A stretch of DNA of 64,000 bases from Lytechinus pictus (lineage: Eukaryota), in NCBI RefSeq assembly GCF_037042905.1, contig NC_087258.1, positions 8,122,001 to 8,186,000 of the forward strand, written 5' to 3'. Of this stretch, positions 27,163 through 40,794 are shown in pieces (the stretch's first letter is position 1; each line of letters begins with the position of its first letter). Both the position numbers and the translations under genes were made by a program. The notes beneath the pieces were generated by a model, which was not told the origin of the DNA, ran no database searches, and saw only the letters and a list, made by a program, of their open reading frames with translations.

Positions 27163-28639
27163 CCACTGAATTATGGGAGCCGTGACGTAATGAGCCAATA
27201 ATCTTAAAGGAGGACAGATAAGGCATATCGGGGAAAAATTATAATAAAAAATAAATAATATAATTATAATAATCTATTACAAACAGCTAATTTTGTGATA
27301 AATTTTGACATAATATTCAGAAAATGATATAATATTTCAACCTTCTCTTTTTCCTCTTCTTTCCTTTTCTCCTTTTTTCGGGGGGGGGGCGCCCCAAGCC
27401 ACTCATCTGTACGTCACTGATGGGGAGGGGCATTATCGTACAGATGGCACTCGTCAGGGGAACTCGACGGGCAACAATCCACGAAAAAATCCTTTCTTCA
27501 TTTTTCCTAATAGAAACCCAAACACGCGTTCGAAAAGTGATAAAGATTCCATATCAAAATTTTCATTTCAAATTGATACAAACAATAACATGATGCAATT
27601 CATAAGAAGTACTTTACTGATTAGTGATATATTCCTTGGTTATTCAATGTACATGTCTTATCTAAATTAGTGAAGTGTTTTGTTTTTAAATAACTTTTCA
27701 TTCTAGTTTATTTTTTAATTTCCTTCCACTTTCTTGTTTACAATCTAGTTTTGGATCGAGTGATTCTTTCAAAATTTCACGCTGACTTCAACAATACAAA
27801 TACTGTCCTTTAGATTGTGCTTCTTTTCAAAATTGGAAACTGGGAATAATCCAGAAAATATGGTTTCCAGTCGATAACTAAAACTTGAAAACTTAAATAC
27901 CTGAAAGCTAAAACAGCATTCGTGCTCCCCTATTCTATTACCCCCCCCCCCCACACACACACACACACACACACGCTAGTCTGCTGGGCAAACCCTTCAC
28001 TCGAGTTACGGGTCTGAATGTTTAGCCTACTCATGCCTTGTGTACTGAAGGCCTGAAGTGAAACATCATCAAGTTTTTTTTTGCGCTAGTCTTTGCGTGT
28101 AGACACACTTGTTGATCAAAGTTTCAATCAGAGTCTGTACCTGCAGACAACACACACAGACACACCCTAACACCCTCACTTTCTCCCCCCCCCCCACTCT
28201 GTCTTTCCCTCTGCTCACAGTCTCCCTCCCCCTCTCTCTTTCTCTCTCCCTCCCGCTCTCTATCACCTCTCACCTCCCCCTACATGGCACCCACTCTATT
28301 TCTCATCAAAAGTTCATATTTTCAAAATAGGGTCTATTTTTTAATGAAATTAATATCATGACTATAAAATAGACATGTTGACATATTACACACAGTATGT
28401 AAAACGAGAGATTATATTTTTAAATTTTGTTTTATTTCTTTTCCAATAATTACAGAATCTTCTATTTTTAAATACGATATACAATACACACTAACGAATG
28501 CAGATACAAATACAATATACAGTATATAGCAAAATGTCACATAAACACGACCGACCTTGTTTTCGATCGGCATACTGGACACATTAGCAATTAACCATTC
28601 GGAAAGCAAATTTTAAGCAGGGAGGGTCCGTGGTATAAG

Positions 28640-31600
28640 CATAGGCGGAAATCCCAGGGGGGACGTGTCCCCCATACCAAAAATAGTAGGGGGGGACACA
28701 ATATCAAATGTCCCCCCTACTATTTTTGGTCTTTTATGATGGAAAAAATGCATCATTCACATTCGAAATAATACATGTATTTTGGACTAAATTACTTTAC
28801 ATTTTGGGTGCAAACTTTTTTTTTTTTGCTTGTCAAATTTTCCAGAGTGAATAAAATAAGATGAGGGGAAGACATGGAAAAAAAAAAGAATCTTTCATGT
28901 CACTATATAAAATTTTCGGTCGCGCTTCGCGCTCGCATTGCCTGTTAGGTGATTGTTTAATATGGATCTTAAATATCAAGTTTGGAAGTCAATATACACT
29001 CAGCAAAAAAAGTTCTTGGACACTTAAAAAGTTAAAATATTCCATATAGATATTTGATTAAAGGCAAATTATTGTATGTCAACATGACCAGACAATATTC
29101 CTCTTCCAGTATGACATGACATTTTCATGTGAACAGTCATGCATGAGTGGTTAAATGCTTTAAACAATAGCAATGTCATTAAAAGAAAATTGCAAGAAAT
29201 GGACCATTCAAATGCTAATGATCTTGGCCATCCTGTAGGCATACATTCAGCAATTTCAACATGCGTTTATCATTTGAATTGAATGCTTAGGGATGCATCA
29301 TGAGATGCATAATGAGATGGATAATTTGGACACTCACTTTCAAGATGAAGCTTTCCAACCAAGAGCATGCAAGACCAATAGGAATGTTGCGGTCTGGGCA
29401 GTCATTTAGACAAGTGGCTCGATATTTCTAAGTTTCACCAACAATTTTAAATTTGAACCAGCGGTCTTTGGCTACTAATGAAGTTAGAGATTGTCCTAGG
29501 AGTGGTCGACTTAGGGCCACCACCCCTGCAGTAGATAGGAGGATAAGGATAATTTTCTTTTGCTTATGGCAAGATACTGAAATTTGACATTTTGTTCATC
29601 GACTAACTTTGACTTAAAATTCCAGTGGAATAGTGATGCATCCAAGGTGGATAACTTTTTCTTCACTATTAGAGTGGTATTTGACTTTAAGTTTGCTTTT
29701 ATCGTTTAATGGATATTTATGCCACACAAACTTTCACAACTGAAAGAATGACTGATCGTTTGCTAGTAATTTTCTTTTACTGACATTGCTCTTGTTAAAT
29801 GCCTGTAACTAGCCATGCACTGACTGATCCATTTCTTGCAATTTTCTTTTACTGACATTGCTATTGTTTGAAGCATTTAACCACCCATGCATGACTGTTC
29901 ACATGAACATGTCATGTCATACTGGAAGAGGAATATTGTCTGGTTATGTTGACATACAATAATTTGCCTTTAATCAAATATCTATATGGAATATTTTAAC
30001 TTTTATAAGTGTCCAAGAACTTTTTTTGCTGATTTTTAAAAGGTGCTCTGTTAAAATGACAGCTTTATGGTCTGAATATTGAAATTTTCTGCTCGCGCTG
30101 AGCGCTCGCAAATTTCGATTTATTAAGTACCTATTGTTTTGCGCTCGCATTAATGGTAAAAAATATTTTAACTGATGCATTCTATTCATAATTACAAAAG
30201 TGCTTGAAATGTCCAGTTTTCAGGCCATAATATCATCAGATTTCTCGCCCTCATTAGGCATTGATAAATAAAGATAATAATTTAATGATTAAATTGTCCC
30301 TTTTTTTTCATCTCGCGCTTAGCAAGAGTGATATAAAGAAAGTCATCATTTTCATATGACATGTCCTAAGGATGTCCCGGTCCCATGTCAAAACTCAAAT
30401 AATAATGAAAAATATCAGCTCTTTATTAAGTGTGATCCATATCCACCTCACAATTTTCCTACAGAGTGCTTGAAATAAATAGCTGAAATTGATTCTTTTT
30501 TCAAATTGGAATATCATATAGTTTAAGCTTCGCAGTCGCTCTGATTTTTCATGATAAAAGATGTGTAGAATGCCTAGATTTTAGGTCTGAATATGAAACA
30601 TGCGCGCGCATGTTTATTCAGATACTCAACTTGTTCTCTATTTAAATCATTATCCAGTTTCAGATCACAATACCAAAAAATTTCTGCTCGCGCTTTGTGC
30701 TCGCATTATTAATGTAGGAAGACCCCATTACTCATCCTTTTGATGATTTACAAAACATGAATAGAGCGTGCCGTTTTTAGGTCTAAATCTCGATTTTTTT
30801 CCGCTCGCGCTTCGCGCTCGCATCAATTGTTTAGTTATATACCTATCTGTTTAAATTACAAAAAGTGCTTAGAATTTTCTTTCCTTAGGTAAAAATGTCA
30901 AAAAATTTCAGCTCGCGCTTCGCGCTCACATTATTTGATTTTTAAAATATGTAACGTCTTCATGGCTAACTGCAAGCAGTCTTTTAACAGGTACCTTTTC
31001 CATCAGTTCATTTCTGCTCGCGCTTCACGTTCGTAGTAATTATTCATTTACATACACATCTTTTTCAGGATAGCAAACATTGCCCAGAATGTTCAAAATT
31101 TTAGGAAAAAATACATAAAATTCCCCCAAAAAAAAATTTGCTCGCGCTTCGCGCTCGCATTATATAAATAAGGATTATGATATTATATATTTAGATTTAT
31201 TCATAAGAATTAAACTAAGAAGTGACTATTAGGACTACCCCTTCAAAGAAACCAAAAATCATCTTCGAGCGGCCGATCGGGGAGAATATGGCTGAAAAAA
31301 ATCCGACCCCCCCCCCCTATTGGCGAAGGCTGGATCCGCCCCTGCTTAACAAGTACCTTTTCGATCAGTTCAAATTAAACGTATGTAAACATTTTCTGGC
31401 TGCACTTTGCACTCGCATTATTAATGTAAGGAAGACCTCCAATTAATCATCCTTTCCATGACAGAACATGAATAGAGTGTCTCGTTCTTAGGTCTAAATC
31501 TCAAAATTTTCCGCTAGCGCTCCGCATCAATTATTGTTTAGTTATATACCTATTTATATACCTATTATGTTTAAATTACACAAAGTGCTTAGAATTTAAA

Positions 31601-31867
31601 TTCTTTAGGTAAAAATTTCAAAAAAAATCAGCTCGCGCTTCGCATTATATAAATAAGGATTATGATATTATATATTTATGTTGATTTATAAGAATAAAGC
31701 TAAGAAGTGACCATGAAGACTACCCCTTCGATGAAACAAACAAAAATCCTCTTCGAGCGGTCGATCGGGGATTAACATATGGCTGAACCCCCCCCCCCCC
31801 CTTATTGGTGAAGGCTGGATCCGCCCCTGTGGTCCCCCCTACCTTTCGGGACAGATTTCCGCCCATG
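28640..31867. mobile_element. Composite TIR element: outer CATRGGCGGAAATC termini enclosing a GCTCGCGCTTCGCGCTCGCA-family element with a duplicated right end
   Basis: CATAGGCGGAAATC at 28640 and GATTTCCGCCCATG ending 31867. GGCTGGATCCGCCCCTG occurs twice (~31344, ~31829). Interior aligns with 1410-5156. Confidence 0.7.
28997..30032. mobile_element. Foldback/MITE with ~205-bp terminal inverted repeats
   Basis: 29000-29204 is the near-perfect reverse complement of 29828-30032. Left end TA|CACTCAGCAAAAAAAG; right terminal bases missing. Confidence 0.85.
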
Positions 31868-32119
31868 GGTATAAGGAACATAAAGAATTAAATTCATTAG
31901 TGGAGTATCGAGGGTCTTCCAAGTGAAATTTAAACCATTATTCGTTATAAATCTCCTTGACTTCATGTAATACCCAGTTCCCACCCTGACGATTCGTGCT
32001 ACGATTGAAACGGCGGTCTTAATCGTGGAGTAATCGTGATGATCGTATCAAATCAGTCGAGGCAATCGTATTGATCGTAGACAAATTTTGAATGGTTCAA
32101 AAATTTTCGCGATAAGTTA

Positions 32120-32362
32120 CACTGCAAAAAATCCGGTGTTGATTTAACACCAGACCGGAATCTATATATGCCCACACCAGAGAAGTATTGAAACAACACC
32201 AGTTTGGAATCAAACCGATCCTGTTTTAATACTAATTGGTGTTGTATAAACACCTATCTGATGTTAGACCAAAACCAAACTGGTGTTGTTTAACACTTCT
32301 CTGGTGTGGACATATATAGATTCCAGGCTGGTGTTAAATCAACACCGGAGTTTTTTGCAGTG
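32120..32362. mobile_element. TA-flanked palindromic MITE
   Basis: TA|CACTGCAAAAAATCCGGTGTTGATTTAACACCAG...CTGGTGTTAAATCAACACCGGAGTTTTTTGCAGTG|TA. Confidence 0.85.
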
Positions 32363-33443
32363 TACGAAAGGCCAATCGTGGTGTTCGTAACTGGTCGTGC
32401 ATGGGAGCGAGGTACTGTCGTGTTGGGATCGGTAATTATAAGAAGGGAAGCGTAATAAGGAAACTTTGGAGAAAGTTATACAGTTGAAATCACTAGGTAT
32501 TTAATCATCAATATTCAGCTACAGTTCGAAGTACATGAAGATTCAGATATCATAGGAGACGATGAATATACAATAATTTAGAAGTATCAGATTGAGATTG
32601 TGAAGTTAAATTAATATTCGATGGACGTCTAAGTCTTGAAGTCAGTCAGTCTCTATCTGGGTGAGTGTGGGTCTAGTATTTCTTTTGTATTCTATATTCT
32701 CTAATAATCAAGAAGTCTTATTTATATCATTAGTTTTGGGGGTGTAACAATTTAAGGTGGGAGTGATCTCTAAACTTGATCTGATTGGTCTACAGGTAAC
32801 TGTCTATCAAACTTTCTCTGGTATAAGGGGTGTGGTGTTGCTCTGTGCAGGTGATTGGGGCTGGAAGTGTGAGTCATACTTCTTCCTTGAAGTTAGCTTA
32901 CGTCACTGAGGGTTGGTCTTTTTATGGTCAAGGTTTAGGAGTTAAATGGTATTGGTGGTTTGAGAATGCTTAGATGACATTGGGGGAGTTTGTAAACAAG
33001 TGAAGGTGAATGACTGAAAGGATAACAGGAAGTTAAATACATACTACATAACAGTACTATAATCTAGCTCGATTTGATCATGTTGATAACCATTTCGACA
33101 TCGTCAGTTCAATGCTCATTATAGCATTTCCATAATGAGTTTCGGGATAAATTATCCAACGAAACATCATTTTCAAAGACAGAATTATTTCATCATCTGA
33201 TATGACAAAGCAATAAAGTCTGATAACAGGAAGTTAAATACATACTACATAACAGTACTATAATCTAGCTCGATTTGATCATGTTGATAACCATTTCGAC
33301 ATCGTCAGTTCAATGCTCATTATAGCATTTCCAGGTGCACAGGTCAAATCCTTCCGTCAGTCACGAGTATATCACGATTATCCTTGTCATATAGACTCCA
33401 TGGTTGATCATGGCGGTTTGCGGATCTCAACGCATTGATTTAT

Positions 33444-36400
33444 TCAGTATACCCCAATGAGTACAAAATAATATATTCCCGCCAACGCGGAAACGATGCA
33501 TCCACACACTATCCCAGCTATGGCGAAGCCTAGGGCGCAGCGAGACGAAGAACGAGCACCATCGTCATCTCCATACAATTGCTTGTCCTGTGCCTGTGAA
33601 GGTAGACAAGGAGAGAAAAATATTTTAATACCCTTACTTTTCAACATGTTCAATTTAAGCGAATGTCTATTGGCCACCGAATTATTTCATAATCCTCTAA
33701 CCATTTTAGCATGAGTTTCGGGATAAATTATCCAACGAAACATCATTTTCAAAGAAATAATTATTTTATCATCTGATATGACAAAAGCAATGAAGTCTGA
33801 CTAAATGCCAGATTATAAATATGAAATTCGAAAAAAAAGCAGAAAATGATATCATATAAATATTTCCGTCAACACCACCCCCACCCCTAAATTAAAATTT
33901 ATAATTCAATAAATAAGTAAATAGATATTTCAAAAAGTAAATAAATAAATAAATTAATAAATTAATAGATTAATGAATGAATAAAGTTAGATGAATAAAT
34001 ATTAATTAAAATTAATAATAAAAAACTTTTATTATGTTACTATCGTAAAAGATCATGACCAAAATAGTTTACCTCTTTTTAATTTGATTGTTGAGGCATA
34101 ACTCTCAAATCAAATCCCCTACTTGAGTTAGTCTGCAGGCACAGACCCTTGTTTCTCGCGATTCTCATAGTGTATAACGCAGAGTCTTAATAAGTGAGAC
34201 TAGATTCACTATGTATTGAGACTGGCTCTTAGACAAAGACATAGGCCCGTATTCTGAACTCGGGTTTAAATTAAACTCTGGTTTAAAGTTGTGGTTTAAC
34301 TATGGAGAGCCAATTGGAGCACAAATCCCTTACAATACACATTCAATAACTTTATTAACTCATATGACACCCAAATTTTTCATAATTGTCTAGAAATGAT
34401 AACTTAAGTATTTTTCTTCATTATAAAAGCAAAAAGGAAACAAAATAGTAAACATAAAAAATATACAATATTAAGAGAATTTTTGAACTTTTGGCTCCCC
34501 ATAATTTTAGCACAGAGTTAGACCATGGTCTAAGTTAAACCTGACTTCTGAATACGGGCCATAGTCTTGGGAGTCTAGTCTTCACTCTAGACCTGTTATT
34601 GGTTGAAGTGTCAAAAACAATATGAGCCTGTGTCTGCATACTAAACTTGAGTGGCGAATCTGTTTAATGTTGATATCATTTGTTGTGTTACTTTCTTGCG
34701 TGTATCGAACCCACAACTCACTCTTGAATTCATGAAATAGGCAGTTAGACCGAACGGGAGACAACAACACAATGTGACCATCAGAGCGAGGCGGGAATAG
34801 TCAGGAATGTGCTGCCTGGGAGCTCCCGAAAACGCCTTGGTTGATCGAGGTGCAGTCTAATGAATAAAACAATTTAAAGTATTAAAAATTCAATCAAATT
34901 AGATGTAAAACTTGCGGAAATGCGGTTGTGCCTTTGAAGTCCTTTATATATGGACAGAGTAGAGCCGCACTTTCATTGTATTGGTCAAAGAAATTGGCCG
35001 TGACAGTTCGTCATATACAGAAGAAACCTTCTGGCACAGTTATACCCCTATACTTATTGCATGTTTTGATGGGTTGAAGGGGCAACCAAGGCTCATTATT
35101 ATAATGATTACGGGATTTAGATTATGATAAAACTTGAAACAGAATGCTCTGGAATTTTAAAGTGATGGTGCGGGCTGAAAATATTTATATCTAAATAAAT
35201 AGAGTAAAATTCAGAAAGCTAAATGCTGAAAATTTCATCAAAATCGGAAAACAAATAACGAGTTATTAAATTTAAAAAAAATTGTGAAAACAGTTTAATG
35301 CAAATCGTCATGAATATTCATTAGGTGGGCTGATGATGTCACATCCCCACTTTCCTTTTTCTTATGTTATTACATGAAACCATAATTGTTTCATTTTTTC
35401 ATACATTTGTAAATGATGTGTCTCCATTATGAAATAAGTTGCGGCAATAAATAACTAATGCACTTAATCAGTTGTCAATCCCATTGTTTTAGTTCTTGAA
35501 AAAAAAATCATATAATAAAATACAAAAGGAAAGGTTGGGATATGACATCATCAGCCCACCTAATGAATATTCGTGAAGACATGCCTAGAACTGTTTCACC
35601 GGAATAATGCGAAACTTAAAAATTCAATAACTTTGTTATTTCTTATCCGATTTTGATCAAATTTTCAGCATTTTTACCATCCCTTTAACACAAATCGGAC
35701 GCAAATAAGTGAATATGCAACGACCAAGCTAATACCATTTCCCCGTTTGTTTTAATCAATAATGTTTAGTTTTATGGAATGATGATTAGTCATATTTCAT
35801 GCCCAAAGGACGCAAAATATGATTGAATACTGATATACTGCTCAAAATCACTACTGATGAAATTTAATCGTTTTAAGGGAGATTTACATACACACGTATG
35901 AAGTTATTATATCATACAGAAATCCGAGACGTATCATCATTACCTTTATTGCATATTAATTTTTGCTTGCTTTATTCTTATGATACTATATTCTGATACT
36001 GTATTATGATACTGTATTCTTATTCGTATTCTTATGATACTATTCCAACCTAGCATGGGTGCCGTTTTAAGCGGCAATGTTGTTGATTACTACTTATAAT
36101 TCAATTATTCCACTTACGTGTACAACTGTCACCTGTGATTGTGGGGGCTGGACCGGGATGTGATTGGTCGATTGTGCGTAAGAAGGCGGAGCTCCGCTCT
36201 GTACCCCATGTCCTTGTGTGTATCCATGTAATGCTTGATCTCGTGATGGCGTGTGCATCATCGCTTGTTGTGAATCCAACCTCACCTCCACCATGCCAAG
36301 ATGCTGCTTTTCTGCTTCAGACATTTGAACCTCTGTGGCTATACATCGAACAGAAATAAATTTTCGGTTTCATTTTATTTTCATTTCAATGTGTGTTATA

Positions 36401-38381
36401 TTTCAAAACCATTATGTAATATGAAATTAGGGAATGATACATCATTTTACAGTTATTCCAAACAGACCGTTCCTACACAGAGAGGTATAAGGACTGGGAT
36501 CAAGCTTCACTCCTTTGATGCTATGCTCAACACCGCCGATAACCTATGCGCTAATCTGCATCTTTTAGCAGGTGGCTTGATAATAGAAAAGTGTTTTTTT
36601 TAATAGGTGTTAAATAAAGGCATCATGTAATTGTATCTTGGCATCTGTTGGCTGATATCTTTAATGATTTCTCATCAAGTTTCAGATGTAAAATGACTTT
36701 CACGAGCGAACGCAAATTTTCGAAATTCCATACTATTTTCTACTTTAAAAAAAAAAGCAAACACACAAGCAAAATACCTTAACATCGAATATTGGAAAGC
36801 ATCGAGTGACATGACAGGACCTTAAAATGTATGCAAATTATCAATGGAACACACTCAAATATTGAATTTGTGAAAGGATCTAATTTATTTTGTTCTAATC
36901 CGACACACAGATAATCAGATGGGCATAGTGCGAAACTTGATAAACTGTTTGGTGTCCTGTTTATAACACAAGCCATTAGTGAGCTTCATGATTTTATCTA
37001 CAATTTGTGTTTATTAGTTTGAAACTGGTACTGGGCTTCTGAAAATCACCGCAGCAGGAAAACAACTTTCCGCATGGAAGTGCAATGCCAGGTGGTATGT
37101 ATGGTATGGTATTTATTAAATCATGCATCGCAGTTACAAAGACTGAATTGCACATGGATATACAATATTAAAAATGTACAGCCTCAAAACAGTGGAATTA
37201 TTTACATAATTAAAAAGTAAACATATATCACAGACTGAATGCAATAAATAACATACTATTGCGTATTAAACCATACATATTATTTACGATAAAAGAGTAA
37301 TGTAAAACACACCCATAATTAAAACAAAGAAGAGGAAGTAGAATAAGAAGAAGAAGAAGAAGAAGAAGAGAAAAAAAAGGAGAAAAAGAGGAAGAAAAGA
37401 AGACGAAGAAAAAGAAGAAGGAGAAGGGAAGAAGAAGGAGGAGGAGAAAAAGAAGATGGAGAAGAAGAAGACAATGAAAAAGAAAAAAAAAGTTGAAGCA
37501 GAATAACAAGAAGATAAAGATCATATAATATATTGCAAAATGAGAATACAGAATACTGATATGTAAAAGGTAAAATTTTTAATTTGGTATTCATGGAAAG
37601 GCAATTATAAAATTCATTTTAAAAATTCAAATAGACATGTTTAGAAATAGAATTATTACGTAAGGGTAAAGTTCATTTACCAGTCAGTTTTTCTTGATCA
37701 GTATAATTTAGAAATTAGTTGAATCGCAGCCGGTACAAAGATTGGTATCTACTTTTGAATCATGTTGCCTATTTCATTAATGAATTATGGTATACACATT
37801 GTTAAAACATTATAGACCGAATTTCAATATGAAAAATAGTTTGACAAACATAAGCAGAAAATAGAATATGGCAAAAAAGTATAAATGGTATAGCCCTGCA
37901 AGATGTAAGGACATAAATACTAGATAAGTAATCATAAATTTAAAAAGTGGTAAAAAATTGAAATATTAAGATTATGTTTTATCATTGCTGGTTTAAAAGC
38001 CTTACCAAATAGGGTAAGGCGCTCTTTTTATAGCGTTCTGAAATATCCCATTTTAAACTTTGAGACCATGAATATAGGCCATAGATTTTAACCCCCATCT
38101 AAAGATTTGTTCACATGTTCAATCCGTTACCATGTTCACGATTCCGATCTCCATATGATTAGAATATACAACATTGTCATGTGATTAAAATCAACAACTA
38201 TAGAAAAATGATAAAAACATAGAAAAGATGAGACGATAATAAGACAAATAAGTACATTGTCTCTAAATGTGAAAATAAAAGTGTTTGGATTATAAAACTA
38301 TAATAATCGGCTATAAGAAATGAAAATATGTACACAAATTTGAAATAAGCGCACTTTGAAATTATGATACTTACATGTCAT
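33444..38381 (-). CDS. CD225/dispanin (IFITM/PRRT1-like) membrane protein, paralog C, complete, 170 aa
   Basis: Exons 38375-38381 (ATGACAT|GTAAGT), 36118-36338, 34722-34856, 33444-33593 (513 nt, in frame, ends TGA). MTSTEVQMSEAEK...GAPPSYAQ...; HIPDYSRLALMVTLCCCLPFGLTAYFMNSR; AQDKQLYGDDDGARSSSRCALGFAIAGIVCGCIVSALAGIYYFVLIGVY. Same intron phases (1,0,0) as B. Confidence 0.9.
34243..34560. mobile_element. MITE with GGCCCGTATTCTGAA termini
   Basis: GGCCCGTATTCTGAAC...CTTCTGAATACGGGCC; right-end fragment also at 13578-13653. Confidence 0.7.
35161..35684. mobile_element. Kolobok-like MITE (AGGGATGGT family)
   Basis: TTAA|AGTGATGGT...ACCATCCCT|TTAA; related fragments at 7313-7415 and 14480-14680. 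Confidence 0.75.
37321..37520. repeat. Purine-rich (GAA/GGA)n low-complexity tract in intron 1 of paralog C
   Basis: Direct reading. Confidence 0.9.
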
Positions 38382-40794
38382 TTTGGAGATATTTGTCTCG
38401 TTTTAAAATTTCTGCTGTGAATCCCTTTAGAACTCTTGGCAATTAAGTGCTGATATTTTTAAGGTATAATGCTACAGGTTCATTTCATTTTTTTCATTTA
38501 TAGTGCGAATGATGATAATCGTTTGGCCATGTACGGTGTACGCCCTCCTCCGTCACCACCATTGTGACGTAACGGCGTTGTATCCGCGTCTTCATGGTCT
38601 TTCTTCGTACTTCGGATTCGCGCCTACACTTTTGTCAAAATGCAGGATTTCCTTTCCCGTTCCTTCTACAAGACGATGGGATATAATGTGACAGTAAACC
38701 AAATATGGTAAGATGCTAGAGATTCCGTATTATTACTTTACAGGATGGTTTTCATTCTTTTAAAATTATTCATACTGGTAGCAAGCATACTTACTTTGGC
38801 CGCGACTACTGCTGACATTGGCTGGTGGTTAGCATGTCAAGTTAGAAGTTTTATTGGGCTATGTATCAATGTGTATAAAAGAAAAATCTGCATGATAAGC
38901 CTATTATATTCAAACATATCTTTTTCATCTTCAATCGCATTTAATTTATATCATATCTACTTTATTTGGATAATTTGTTAGCCACTCAATTAACTTTTTA
39001 AGAGCGAAGCAAGCAATATCTTCTTCAGAAGTCTTCGTCCCCATTTATACTTCCCTCGCCCTACATCTTTTTGTGTAAGATTTATGATTAGTCAGACTCT
39101 AATCCCCCATGTTAACTCATCCCTTGCAGTAATAGCATTCATCACTTCTCAGATAATTGAATGTGTTGATTGCCAGAAAAACAACACGGATGACAGGGTG
39201 CGGCAGGGAAAGATTGTCCTTTCTGCGAAGCCCGGAATATTTAATTAATCATGAACTTTTTTATGCTGTTATGGGGCCGAGAGAATCGAATAACTTTTTT
39301 TTCATTGTAAAACATATATTCACATAAAGAACCACCATGCTTGTGAAAACAAATTCGCCGGTTTGATGTTTAACCCTTTCTCTCCTCGCCACCCCTACAT
39401 ATTCCAACATCCCATACCACTAGTTGACAACGGCAAAGAGGATAAAAGTATGGTTATAATACGAAACTCAATGGAGAACACAATACGACATAGTACTACA
39501 GATTCAGGGACAGAGACCTATTAAGCGATTAGTGGCTCTAATCTTTTGTGAATTGATAACCATTTTGTGTCATTTCTCAATAAGATGAGAACAAAATAAA
39601 TTTATCAAGTTCCTTAAACATTTACTTGACCTTGATTACGTAGGCCTACATGCAGCGATATAGATCATGTCGGTATAGACAGAGGAAGCGGACTTTGGCC
39701 AAAACGCATATTCGATTTTCTGAAGAAAACCCGGATGTATGCGGTCAGTATATCTGTTAAAATTTTTTAAAGAAATAATACGAGTGAGGCGTGGTGGAGG
39801 GGTGTAGAGTGGTTTTCTTTTGTGTGTGTTTATTTGTTTTTTAATTACAACTTTCTCAATTACTTAATTTAATTGTTTTGTAAAGGAAAAAATATCATAT
39901 TAACTTGAGATTTATCTAAAGATTATAAGTATGTTTGTGTTAAATTATTATATTCAGAGAGATTATGGAAGTTGTAGAAGATGTTTTTTTTACTGTTTTC
40001 TGTGTGATTATAAATATGTTTATATTGAATCTTAGTTTACTTTTCGAATAATTATTTAAATTTTTTGTATGAATTCTGATGCAATTACGTCAATTATTTC
40101 GTGTCACTCATTATGTTCATATGTTTTATACATAATGAGAAAGAAATAAAATATGATTTTAAAACAAAAATATGAAATGAAACCGAGAAAAGAACAGCGG
40201 TTTGAGGTTGAAGGATTTGAAATTTGATCTACCTTTTTATAATATTGTTCATGTGACAGGTGACAGTAGCTTTTCGTTTTATATTGTAATCAAGATCCGT
40301 AAGATCTACCTGCTTTATTGGCACTGATTGGATCTATATATAATGCAAGAAGTGGCCCACAGTGGACCGACATGACACTTCTTCACTAATTCTCATTCTG
40401 AATTTTCCCAATATGATTGTTGGACTTTTAGAAATAATTGTTAATTTTCCTGGCATTATTATGCTGTTAAGGTTATTGTGGCGTAAGGACTGATTTATCT
40501 TCCCTTCTCTTTGTCCTTCACCCCCCCCCCTCCCCCTCTCGCTCAACCCCCCCCCCCTCCCATTCTCTCTCTCTCTTTATCTATACCCCCTCTCCCTTTT
40601 TCCTCTTTTCTCTCTTAAAGGAATGGCATGAAACTGTAAAGTCCCGTCGAGACATTTGGGTTTTTTATTTTGAACTCTCAAACTAGTCTGCAGCTACAGT
40701 GTGTATAATTTAAATAATTTCATAATATATATTGTGTCTCATGCGGACCCGATATTATCTTAACATTTCCCATTAAATTTGACTGGTTTTTAGA

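Noticed and set aside
37228-37594. Hydrophobic Leu/Phe/Ser-rich ORFs (also 61121-61449)
   Set aside because: Translations of (GAA)n and (AAT)n simple repeats.
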